Below are positions 19,564 through 27,860 of a DNA stretch of 46,405 nucleotides, one piece after another. The DNA comes from Candidatus Bathyarchaeales archaeon (lineage in GTDB: Archaea > Thermoproteota > Bathyarchaeia > Bathyarchaeales > Bathycorpusculaceae). The notes under the pieces were generated by a model. That model was not told where the DNA came from, did not search any database, and worked only from the letters and a program-made list of their open reading frames with translations. The position numbers and the translations under genes were made by a program. The DNA is taken from the NCBI GenBank assembly GCA_049718365.1, contig JBNARN010000001.1, forward strand, positions 1-46,405, in the 5' to 3' direction. Numbering within the stretch: the stretch's first letter is position 1; each line of letters opens with the position of its first letter.

Positions 19564-19854
19564 ATGCATATACGTGAGTTTCAAGAGTTAATGCGCAGTT
19601 TATATTTTCACAGAGATTTTGAGCGCGGCGTAAAGGGTACGTATAAGTGGCTTACAGATGAACTTAATGAATTGGGCGAAGCTATTGGAGAAGGAAACAG
19701 CATTGAAGCAATTGAAGAAGAGTTCGCAGATGTCATTGCATGGCTTGCCTCGCTTGCCAACATAATAGGGATCGATCTTGAAAGAGCAGCAATTAAAAAG
19801 TACAATTATAAATGTCCAAAATGTCAGCAAGCGCCATGCAAGTGCAACGTCTAA
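19564..19854 (+). CDS. MazG-like nucleotide pyrophosphohydrolase domain protein
   Basis: 96 aa. It has the EELGEAI-type and EEFADVIAWLASLANIIGIDLE helices of the all-alpha NTP-PPase fold, plus a C-terminal CPKCQQAPCKC. Confidence 0.75.
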   Translation: MHIREFQELMRSLYFHRDFERGVKGTYKWLTDELNELGEAIGEGNSIEAIEEEFADVIAWLASLANIIGIDLERAAIKKYNYKCPKCQQAPCKCNV

Positions 19855-20119
19855 TCGACTAAGCGTTTTTGACCCCGGCCTGTCAGCATCCAAAGAGTTG
19901 GTCGCTTGCCTTTTCGATTCACTATTCCTTCTTTTTCAAGAAGTCGCAAGTGATGCATCACAGCCCCGTATGACAAGCGAAGGCCTTTTGCTATAGATGA
20001 CGTGTCGGATGTCTGATGCTCTAGCGCGCTCAGAATTTTTGTTCTAGCGATAAGCCCGCTCTTTACGTTTTTTACAAGTTGAAGATAAGCGTTTGGATGA
20101 AAAGCTTCTTTGATGGCAT
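19851..20119 (-). CDS. ArsR-type winged-helix regulator, apparently frameshifted near its 5' end
   Basis: The open minus-strand frame 20120-19854 encodes ...LIARTKILSALEHQTSDTSSIAKGLRLSYGAVMHHLRLLEKEGIVNRKGKRPTLWMLTGRGQKRLVD, but its first 55 codons contain no ATG/GTG/TTG. The ATG at 20119-20117 lies in another frame and stops after 15 codons. One extra T in the T4 run (plus-strand A4 at 20100-20103) would fuse the two frames into a continuous coding sequence. Confidence 0.55.
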
Positions 20120-20160
20120 TTCACCAAGAATAAATGTGCAGTTGATGTTGAAAAGCTTTC

Positions 20161-23100
20161 TTAAGCGAAATCTACAAGACGGAATTGCTTGGGTTTTTTA
20201 TTATCGAACATCAATGTGATTTCGTCTTTTATTAAGGCGATTCGCTGAGCGTAATATTTTGGTAATCCATATTTATCAATCAATTGTTGCGCTGCTGTAA
20301 GATATTTTTCTATGCCGCCGCGATAAACCGTAAGTGTTAAGAGACCACCGCAGAAAGGGCACTTGCCTGACAAAGGCAAACGGCGAAAACGCTTGTTACA
20401 TGATTTGCACCTAAATCCTTGGGTTGAAAAAGCACGCAAATTGCCAGAGATGTCTCGAAGGAAATGAGTGGTCAACACTTTTAAGGCGACACGCTTCACG
20501 TCCACAGCGGCGATTTTTTCACCTAACGCTAGTTGCATGTTTAATTTTTCAATCATCGACTTAAACTGCTTGTAAGAGCTAACTGCGTTGCCGAGGTTTA
20601 TGTTTGAAAGAGGCGTGGTAAATCTGAACCCCTCAAATTGTCCTTCGGTTCCAAGTCTATGACTGACAAGGTCTATAATAGAGCTAACTTGCTTAGCGTC
20701 AACTCGCTCCAAAGTCTTTTCATAAAATTCAAGCGGGTATGCCCCCTCAACATCAAAATCATGGGCTTGCCGCTGCACTTCCCGAGTATTCACAAAAGGA
20801 ATCAACAATAAAGGCGCATCCATAATTCCACCTATCTGCGCAGGCAAGTAACTGCGAGAAAAGTTGAGCAACGCATCTAAAGCCAGCAAGACAGCATCCT
20901 CATCACCGTCGCAGTCTCTACGTTTAGCCGAGTGCCAAATAGGATGAGCGTAACAAACATTGAGGTCAGTAAACCCGACAATGCGACCCAAGATGCCGAC
21001 ACAAGTGTGTGGCGCCAGACCCATAATCAGATGACCCACAAGGTCATCAGTTCCTTTGACGTTATAGTACCTTGGAAGCTTGTAGACTTTTTCTAGGAGT
21101 TCATCTATGAAGGCTGCGACCCGCACAAAGTATTCCGCTGCTTTCCGCGGAATTACAACATCTTGAATTTTAAGTTCACACACTTGGTTAGAATCAGTCA
21201 ATGGAGAACCACATATATCAAAGGAATACCCAAGTTGTCTAAGCTTTTCAACGGGCACACCGACCTCAACGGGCTTAAAATGCGTTAAAGGCGCGTTAGT
21301 GGCGTCAAATCTAATTGTTCCATCTTTGTAAACTGATAATTCATGCTTTGCCCGCAAAACACCCTTTTCAACAATTTCAGGAATCTTGTCTTCATTAGTT
21401 AAGCCCTTAACACCTTTCAAAAATTTCGGTGTAGAAACGCCAAGCAAGCGACAGGCATCTTCAAGCAGATCCTTAAAGTTAACTGCTTGCCGCTGGTATG
21501 CTACAGCAACAGTTTTACAGGTGGGGCAGGTGTTATCCTTTAAAATTTTACCGCAACGCGGGCAACTTTTCTCAACAACAGTTTCGCATCCACAGTCAGC
21601 GCACTTTACTTTGAAAGTAAAAGTCTTACAGTTGGGGCACTTACGTTTGATAACCTCAACAAAAACAGGCCCTTTTTTTGCCGCTTCCAAAAGGTCCCTA
21701 TGGGAGCCGCCAGCTAAGCTTACTGGAAAAAGAGCGTGAACTAGAGGTTTCATCTCCCGCCTTTTTGCCTTCTCAGGCCGTCCCATACGGGCACCCACAA
21801 AGGTAGGCGCCTTATCCTTGATTTCAACGCCAGAAAGTAAACTAATTGCCTTCAGCACAGACATGTCTTGGTTGGCTTCAACTTTTCGGGAAGTGCCATA
21901 GCCAAGACAGAAAGCTAGGGCGCACGCATCGTTCCCTTCAATTACAATTTTGCTTTCGAGAATCCTGTGAGGTGCAAAGATTTTTCGTAAAGCCTGAACT
22001 ATGTTTGGCTCAATGGCTCCTACAATTTTGCAAGCAAGACCATCCTCGAGGATTACTGAGGAATTGTCCAGCCATTTTCTTAGCAATGTGATTTCTTGAA
22101 GCGACTCCAAGTTTGACCAGAAAAACGTAAACTCTGGATGCAAAGGCACATTAAAAGTTACAGCCAACATTATTGCTTCTTTGGCAGAAGGCTTGGTAGA
22201 AAAAGGCGATTCAAATAAGGCGGTTAATCTTTCCTCTGAAATTTGGACTGCCTCAGCGGCTTTTTTCAAGTCTCCGCCAAATCTTTCGGTAAGAACCTTC
22301 TTTAGATCTTGAGCCCACCATTCCTCAACATACCCTGATGGAGAAAGACTCTTGCTGGTATAAAGGAAATCGCCGAAGCTGATTAGAATGTCTCCTAAAA
22401 ACAGAATTTTCTCAATCTTATCCTTTATTGAGTCAAAATTTTCAAGGGAAACACGGACAACTGAGCCATCATTCAACAAGACAATGGGAGGTTCAAGAGT
22501 ATCTACAGGAACAGTAACTCCGCCTTTACCTGGAAGCTCAAGACGCATTTGAGTGCCAGCGGCAAGAAAGCGCTCAACCACAAGCATAGTAGCAGGGTGA
22601 ATCCCCACAGCTGAAAGTCCCGTGTTTCGGGCACGACCATATCTAAGCCTGAAGCCTCCGCGTCTGGATGGAAAAGAGAAAATGGGGCGGCCAGCAATCA
22701 CGTCATCCATGAATCCGGCAGATTTCTTCTCTGATTTTTTTCGAAACTCCCGAAGCCAGTCCCAACCTTGAAAGCCAAGTTTTTCGATGATAACTAAAAC
22801 TTTTGGAGCTCGCCCAACTACGCCGTCATTGACAACTCGTAGGGCACCGCCTCTTACACGGTTAGTCTCGATTCTTTCAAGATTTCGGAAAGATGAAACC
22901 TCTATTGGATCAGATTCTGTGCCCGTCACCTCTACGGGAAGCCATTCAAGGGCTTTTTTTAATTCTTCGTCAGAAACATGATATTGAAAACGGCCTACTG
23001 AGCGTTCATATAATCTTAGCTCCTCAAGAAAGCGAGAAATTTCTTCTGCCGTCGGCTTATAACGATCAAGGCCTAACAAGCGGCGTACAAAATCTCCAAC

Positions 23101-23565
23101 AACAAGCGTTAATGCTTGGTCTGTCCCTCCTGCGGATCTTATTGGTCCCGCAAAGTATATGGCAAGATATCTGGATCGATCTGCATTAGTCTTTATTTTT
23201 ACTTGAGCTACACCTTGTATTGGCGCTGCCGTGAGACCCTCAGTAAATATTGCAAGTGCAGTGCGTATAGCTTGCTCTGCCGCAGCTTCAGATTCCATAC
23301 GGCCAAATTTGCCATAGACGATTTCTTCAGCAATTTTAAAAGCTATTTCTTCCCGCTGGAGCTTGGCGCTTAATTCGCGAATGCTGACGGCCACACCTTT
23401 TGGGCCAACGAGCCCTTCGACAAGTTCAGCTATATCTTGAGCAATGAGGCATTCAGTCTTTAATGACGGGTCAAGCCCTCTTGACCTAGCGAGATCGCTT
23501 ATTTCATACAACTGCTTAAGCTGGCTATCCAGCATTTCGACGTACTTCTTGTGACACAGGCTCAT
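20161..23565 (-). CDS. polC: DNA polymerase II (PolD) large subunit DP2
   Basis: Taking the start at M57 (ATG 23565) gives 1134 aa. The N-terminus YVEMLDSQLKQLYEISDLARSRGLDPS...AQDIAELVEGLVGP and IYFAGPIRSAGGT are typical of DP2. So are the internal Cys clusters, the C-terminal CKSCNKRFRRLPLSGKCPFCGG and HPIWHSAKRRDCDGDEDA. The length gives no sign of an intein. Confidence 0.95.
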   Translation of the reverse strand: MSLCHKKYVEMLDSQLKQLYEISDLARSRGLDPSLKTECLIAQDIAELVEGLVGPKGVAVSIRELSAKLQREEIAFKIAEEIVYGKFGRMESEAAAEQAIRTALAIFTEGLTAAPIQGVAQVKIKTNADRSRYLAIYFAGPIRSAGGTDQALTLVVGDFVRRLLGLDRYKPTAEEISRFLEELRLYERSVGRFQYHVSDEELKKALEWLPVEVTGTESDPIEVSSFRNLERIETNRVRGGALRVVNDGVVGRAPKVLVIIEKLGFQGWDWLREFRKKSEKKSAGFMDDVIAGRPIFSFPSRRGGFRLRYGRARNTGLSAVGIHPATMLVVERFLAAGTQMRLELPGKGGVTVPVDTLEPPIVLLNDGSVVRVSLENFDSIKDKIEKILFLGDILISFGDFLYTSKSLSPSGYVEEWWAQDLKKVLTERFGGDLKKAAEAVQISEERLTALFESPFSTKPSAKEAIMLAVTFNVPLHPEFTFFWSNLESLQEITLLRKWLDNSSVILEDGLACKIVGAIEPNIVQALRKIFAPHRILESKIVIEGNDACALAFCLGYGTSRKVEANQDMSVLKAISLLSGVEIKDKAPTFVGARMGRPEKAKRREMKPLVHALFPVSLAGGSHRDLLEAAKKGPVFVEVIKRKCPNCKTFTFKVKCADCGCETVVEKSCPRCGKILKDNTCPTCKTVAVAYQRQAVNFKDLLEDACRLLGVSTPKFLKGVKGLTNEDKIPEIVEKGVLRAKHELSVYKDGTIRFDATNAPLTHFKPVEVGVPVEKLRQLGYSFDICGSPLTDSNQVCELKIQDVVIPRKAAEYFVRVAAFIDELLEKVYKLPRYYNVKGTDDLVGHLIMGLAPHTCVGILGRIVGFTDLNVCYAHPIWHSAKRRDCDGDEDAVLLALDALLNFSRSYLPAQIGGIMDAPLLLIPFVNTREVQRQAHDFDVEGAYPLEFYEKTLERVDAKQVSSIIDLVSHRLGTEGQFEGFRFTTPLSNINLGNAVSSYKQFKSMIEKLNMQLALGEKIAAVDVKRVALKVLTTHFLRDISGNLRAFSTQGFRCKSCNKRFRRLPLSGKCPFCGGLLTLTVYRGGIEKYLTAAQQLIDKYGLPKYYAQRIALIKDEITLMFDNKKPKQFRLVDFA

Positions 23566-23704
23566 TTTACTGCTCAAGCGTTGCGTCCCGCCAAACAGGT
23601 TTAATAAAAGGGAGATTATTTTTGGCTTTCTAGCATAAAAACTAAAAAAAGGCTCAAGAGAAAAGGCGAATTCAGAGGTTTTTAACTCAAAAAGAATATA
23701 GCCT

Positions 23705-24454
23705 TCAAGACTTAGGCCTTTTAACACCTTCAATTATCTCAGATAGTTTCTGTCTATCCACAGCGTTTTCAACGACGTTACCGGTGACGATTATGTCGGC
23801 GCCCGCTGAAACTGCAGCTAAAGCTTGCTCCTTAGTTCTTACTCCTCCGCCAACAATAAGAGGGATATCTATGAAGTGCTTAATTGTCCTGATCATTTCA
23901 GGCGGCACAGGAGTCTTCGCTCCGGAACCGCCCTCGAGATATATGAAATGCATGCCAAGGTACTGTCCAGCGAGGGCATGAGCCGCTGCGAGTTCAGGTT
24001 TATCGTATGGCACTGGAATAGCCTTGCCAACTATCCCCGCAGTTCCTCCTTCACCAACGATTATGTACCCCATAGAAATCGGTTCTAAACCATATTTCTT
24101 TACTAAAGGTGCACCTAGGATTTGGGCGCCTATAAGGAAATAAGGATCCACAGAGTTCAAAAGCGACATAAACCATATGGCATCTGCGTAACGGCTTATT
24201 CCCGTTATATTATTAGGGAAGAGAATTATGGGAACCTTCACCACGCGTTTAATAGCTTTAACCATAGAATCAAGGTGCGCTTGCGAAACAAAAGTGGAGC
24301 CACCGATCATGATGGCGGAAGTTCCACTGATTTCAGAGGATTCAGCAACTCGTGCGGCTTGCGGCGGAGTCATTTTTTCAGGATCTATAAGAGTTATGTG
24401 AATTGAGCCTTCTTTGATTTTTTCGAGAAGATACTGTTCGACCCGTCCAACCAT
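23705..24454 (-). CDS. Geranylgeranylglyceryl phosphate synthase (PcrB/GGGPS family)
   Basis: 249-aa TIM-barrel pattern: ITLIDPEK..., IMIGGS, ILFPNN and YLEGGSGA...PLIVGGGVRT are typical of GGGPS. Confidence 0.85.
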   Translation of the reverse strand: MVGRVEQYLLEKIKEGSIHITLIDPEKMTPPQAARVAESSEISGTSAIMIGGSTFVSQAHLDSMVKAIKRVVKVPIILFPNNITGISRYADAIWFMSLLNSVDPYFLIGAQILGAPLVKKYGLEPISMGYIIVGEGGTAGIVGKAIPVPYDKPELAAAHALAGQYLGMHFIYLEGGSGAKTPVPPEMIRTIKHFIDIPLIVGGGVRTKEQALAAVSAGADIIVTGNVVENAVDRQKLSEIIEGVKRPKS

Positions 24455-24474
24455 GCTTAAACCTCTTATTCTGT

Positions 24475-24744
24475 CTAAGCAGTCTGCCCGTTCGTTACAG
24501 AAGATCTTTTCGAGGCGCTATAAACTCTGTCAGTTAGCATGCAGTAAACGTCAACTTCGCCCTGAGCAGGTTTAACTTGAAATTCCTCCTGAAAACCACA
24601 GCTGCTACAACCTGCAACAGCACGCTCTTGCTCTCTGAAAATTTCAACTCTAACAGTTTCTTTCCCACATTTAGGACAAGAGAAGAACTTAGGCAAACGC
24701 TTCTTGGGAATACGAACAACCTTTTTCCTTCTTCGCCCCATCAC
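24475..24744 (-). CDS. elf1: Transcription elongation factor Elf1 homolog (zinc ribbon)
   Basis: MMGRRRKKVVRIPKKRLPKFFSCPKCGKETVRVEI...GCSSCGFQEEFQV...EVDVYCMLTD matches the Elf1 pattern: a basic N-terminus, a C4 ribbon and the DVY motif. Confidence 0.8.
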   Translation of the reverse strand: MMGRRRKKVVRIPKKRLPKFFSCPKCGKETVRVEIFREQERAVAGCSSCGFQEEFQVKPAQGEVDVYCMLTDRVYSASKRSSVTNGQTA

Positions 24745-24842
24745 ACATCTCTTCTATAGGATACGTTTACGTTTTCTTTAATATTTATGCTTGCTCTTAA
24801 ATACTTGCTCGCAACAATAGAAAAATTTGGAGAAATGCGCAA

Positions 24843-25685
24843 ATGAAATTAACACCTACTACGCTGGAACTGAATTTACCGGAAGTTACGAAGAAAATTT
24901 GCCGCTTCATAAAAGAATACATTGAGAACGCGGGGGCCAACGGCATAGTTCTTGGTTTGTCAGGTGGAATTGACAGCAATACAGTAGCGGCGCTTTCCAG
25001 TTTGGCAATAGGCGGAGACAAAGTGATTGGGCTTATACTTCCAGAAAAAGAAACATATAACGCCAAAGACATCGATGACGCAAAATTCGTTGCCGAAAAA
25101 TTCGGTTTAACAACGCAAATTTGTGACATCACAAGCGCTTTAGAAAGTTTCTACAAGACAATACCAATATTTGACCCAGAAGATAGACTCTGTAAAGGCA
25201 ATATAAAAGCAAGAGTTAGAATGATTTACCTATATTACTATGCAAATAAGCGCAATATGATAGTCTGTGGAAGCTCAGATAAGTCAGAGACAATGATGGG
25301 ATACTTCACCAAATGGGGCGATGCCGCGGCGGACATAGCGCCAATTATGGATTTATATAAAACGCAAGTTCGCAAACTAGCTGAGCATGTAGGGATACCG
25401 GCCAGACTCGCGGCCAAGCCATCCACACCTGCTCTTTGGCCCAATCAACTCGCAGAAACAGAACTTGGCATCAAATATGAAACCCTTGATTTGATTCTTT
25501 ATGGACTTGAGCATTTTATGGCAACAGAGGAAATCGCAGAGCAACTAGGCGTTAGAAAGGAGATTATTGAAAAAGTAAAGAACAGATGGCTCGCAGTAGA
25601 ACATAAAAGGCGCTTGCCCCTAGCACCAAAAATTGAATACAGAACAGTGGGCGCTGATTTTAGAATCCCGAGGCACAGATATTGA
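24843..25685 (+). CDS. nadE: NAD+ synthetase (synthetase-domain-only NadE)
   Basis: 280 aa with the PP-loop GLSGGIDS and YFTKWGD motifs. It has no fused glutaminase domain. Confidence 0.9.
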   Translation: MKLTPTTLELNLPEVTKKICRFIKEYIENAGANGIVLGLSGGIDSNTVAALSSLAIGGDKVIGLILPEKETYNAKDIDDAKFVAEKFGLTTQICDITSALESFYKTIPIFDPEDRLCKGNIKARVRMIYLYYYANKRNMIVCGSSDKSETMMGYFTKWGDAAADIAPIMDLYKTQVRKLAEHVGIPARLAAKPSTPALWPNQLAETELGIKYETLDLILYGLEHFMATEEIAEQLGVRKEIIEKVKNRWLAVEHKRRLPLAPKIEYRTVGADFRIPRHRY

Positions 25686-25691
25686 GAAATA

Positions 25692-26540
25692 ATGGGCTGG
25701 GAAATAATGAAAGAGAAAATTAAAGTTGCTCTCGCGCAAATATGCAGCAACCGTGAAAACAAAGAAGCAAACCTGCGGAAAATAGAGGCTTTTACCGTAA
25801 GAGCAAAAGACCAAGCCGCTGACCTTGTGATTTTTCCAGAGCTTTCATTAACTGGATACGTCTTACATGATCAACTTTACGAGTTAGCTGAAGCAATACC
25901 AGGTCCATCAACCAAAAGAATAGAGGAAATAGCAAAGAAAACAGGGCGGCACATAATTTTCGGCATGCCTGAACTAAGCGGGCAAACAAAGGCCACATTA
26001 TTCAACACGGCAGTCCTAGTTGGACCAAAAGGGTTCATTGGAAAATACCGCAAGATGTATCTACCCACTCACAGTGTCTTCGAAGAAAAAAGATACTTCC
26101 GCCCAGGCTACCAAGCAACCGCATTTAATACGCCCATAGGGAATATAGGGTTGATCATATGCTACGATATTTTCTTTCCAGAAATATGCCGCCTTACAAG
26201 ACTGAAAGGAGCAAACTTGATAGTATGCATATCAGCGTCTCCTGCTATTCGCAAAAGCTACTTCGAGCTTCTAACTGCAGCAAGAGCCTTGGAAAACACA
26301 GTTTTCCTCGCATATGTTAACCTTGCAGGGTTTGAGGACGGGCTGCAATTTTGGGGTGGTAGCAGACTATTAAGTCCAACAGGAGATTTGCTGGCAAAAG
26401 CAAAAGAAGATGAAGAAGACATTGTTGTCTGCGAAGTTGATTACAGAGACATAAAGCCTGCTGAAATCTTTATTCCTATCCTCAAAGATTTGCGTCCAGA
26501 ACTTTTTGACGAACTGAAAAAGCAAGCAGAAATGCTATAG
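25692..26540 (+). CDS. Carbon-nitrogen hydrolase (nitrilase superfamily), candidate glutaminase partner of NadE
   Basis: It has Glu-Lys-Cys triad contexts: VIFPELSLTGY, KYRKMYLP and GLIICYDIFFPE. It starts 6 nt after the nadE stop; the ATG at 25707 (MKEKIKVALAQ) is an alternative start. Confidence 0.8.
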   Translation: MGWEIMKEKIKVALAQICSNRENKEANLRKIEAFTVRAKDQAADLVIFPELSLTGYVLHDQLYELAEAIPGPSTKRIEEIAKKTGRHIIFGMPELSGQTKATLFNTAVLVGPKGFIGKYRKMYLPTHSVFEEKRYFRPGYQATAFNTPIGNIGLIICYDIFFPEICRLTRLKGANLIVCISASPAIRKSYFELLTAARALENTVFLAYVNLAGFEDGLQFWGGSRLLSPTGDLLAKAKEDEEDIVVCEVDYRDIKPAEIFIPILKDLRPELFDELKKQAEML

Positions 26541-26575
26541 CTTAAAATCTATTTATTTCAAATTTTAATTCTGCA

Positions 26576-26777
26576 GTGATAGATCACAAATCACGGTTAC
26601 ATCACAGTGTGCTGTGACATCAAGGGGTCAGTACATAATCACGCGTGATTTCCTTGTGATAAGTGACGTCACATTACAAGGGAGATTGTTTACTGCTAGA
26701 CCTATATCACGCGGAAAATTTTAAGTGACTAGTGATAAAGTGAGAGTCACTATGTCTTGCCCAGCTATTGAGGTGAC
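26576..26777. promoter_or_regulatory. Array 1 of WATCACR/YGTGATW half-sites and palindromes (putative protein-binding sites)
   Basis: About 15 RTCAC/GTGAY cores lie within ~200 bp. They include GTGAT-AG-ATCAC (26576-26587) and TCACAG-TGTG-CTGTGA (26602-26617). There are two perfect palindromes, the 14-bp AATCACGCGTGATT (26637-26650) and the 10-bp GTGACGTCAC (26663-26672). AGTGACT...AGTCACT (26724-26751) is a further inverted repeat. Confidence 0.6.
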
Positions 26778-27084
26778 TTGAATAGCAGAAATTAAGAAAA
26801 TCCTTAGTAGATAGAGTGAGTGAAGCAAAATTTGATGACTGGCTGCTTGCACAAACGCTTCATCCACACTCTTTTTGCAATTTTAAGACGCAATTTTGAC
26901 TTTAAATGAGTAATAGCAAATTTTAGTGAGCTAATTTTGGTTTTAATGTTTAAAATAGGCTTTTTTTAAAGGGTAAGAACAAGTTTTTATTAAAGGAGAC
27001 AGCTAAAAGCAACAGTCAATAAGTTTAAAAGCGGTGCCAGTATACAAAAGTGTATCCATTTGAAAGGTCTCAGGAGATAAGGCT

Positions 27085-27564
27085 TTGAAGCTGAAAGAAG
27101 GCGTTCAAGCATGGCTAAACGGGGCATTAAATGATCCCATTACCAAAATTCTTTATAAAAATAGCCAATTAACAAGAACACAGCTTGAAACATTGCTTAT
27201 AGATATTTTAGCTGAAAATTTATCAGGGAAACACTTAAAATACGATGAAAAAGCCAGCTTAAGGCTAACTAAGGCTAAAATAAGTCGAGGAGCCTTTAAT
27301 AGGACTTTAAAACAGGCCAGGGAAAACGTAATAAAATCAATATACACAGTGCTGCTTTTGGGTTATCTAGGGATTTTTGAAAGCACAACTCTTGACCCAT
27401 ATCTCGAAATAGCCAACAAACTAAAAGATTACGTCGAAGCATACAAAGACATGCCAGAAACGGATAAAGAGCGAAATGACCATCTAAAAGTCATAGAAAT
27501 CATACGAGAAGAGCTTGAAACAAGCCTAAAACGGCTTTCTTCACCCTCAGCGGAGGAAGTGTGA
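27085..27564 (+). CDS. Hypothetical 159-aa protein with a possible sigma-70 region 4/Tfx-like HTH
   Basis: TTG start preceded by CAGGAGAT. The segment LTKAKISRGAFNRTLKQARENVIKSIYTV resembles LuxR/sigma r4-type HTH helices, and the C-terminal half is acidic and helical. The gene is flanked on both sides by the WATCACR arrays. Confidence 0.5.
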   Translation: MKLKEGVQAWLNGALNDPITKILYKNSQLTRTQLETLLIDILAENLSGKHLKYDEKASLRLTKAKISRGAFNRTLKQARENVIKSIYTVLLLGYLGIFESTTLDPYLEIANKLKDYVEAYKDMPETDKERNDHLKVIEIIREELETSLKRLSSPSAEEV

Positions 27565-27860
27565 CATCACAAATCACAGCAAATAAATAGCAAAGGAACA
27601 CCAAAAGTGCACAAAAAGGCAGATGCTTTTAAAAAGGCAAAAATCAGAAAATAAGCCATAAAATCAGAGATTTATAACGAATAGCAGATCGGAGGAACAT
27701 AAGTAGAAGTGTGATGTGTGATATCATAAGATGATGTTGCGTCAGATCACCGCAAGACTTAAATTTTCCATGGAAAACTGTGATGTGTGATGCAACGTGT
27801 TAAATCACGCGTAAATCACGGAAGTGCCGCACGTGATTGAGGTTTCACTAATAATCACGA
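27556..27860. promoter_or_regulatory. Array 2 of WATCACR half-sites and direct repeats (putative protein-binding sites)
   Basis: GAAGTGTGA occurs at 27556 and 27706. The 13-bp direct repeat TGTGATGTGTGAT occurs at 27710-27722 and 27779-27791. Tandem TAAATCACG sites start at 27801 and 27812, 11 bp apart. There is an inverted CACGTGATT (27831-27839) and a TAATCACG (27852-27859). The array overlaps the stop of the 159-aa ORF and the start of the 240-aa ORF. Confidence 0.6.

Noticed and set aside
20161-23565. Intein insertion in PolD DP2, which is common in some archaea.
   Set aside because: The length of 1134 aa is consistent with an intein-free DP2, the conserved blocks appear contiguous, and no intein splicing or homing-endonuclease motifs were noticed.
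23566-23733. A 56-codon N-terminal extension of the DP2 ORF (MKVLKGLSLEGYILFELK...) that would overlap the GGGPS gene.
   Set aside because: The conserved DP2 N-terminus begins at M57 (YVEMLDSQLKQLYEISDLARSRGLDPS). The extension has no DP2 similarity and would create a 29-nt overlap with the upstream gene.
27700-27800. Possible C/D-box sRNA suggested by GATGATG and GTGATG strings.
   Set aside because: There are no properly spaced CUGA D/D' boxes or terminal stem. The TGATG strings are better explained as part of the GTGAT repeat family.
26576-27860. Possibility that the repeated ATCAC-containing elements form a CRISPR array.
   Set aside because: There is no regular repeat-spacer periodicity. 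The repeats are short (7-14 bp), in both orientations and irregularly spaced, and a protein gene sits in the middle. No cas genes are present.
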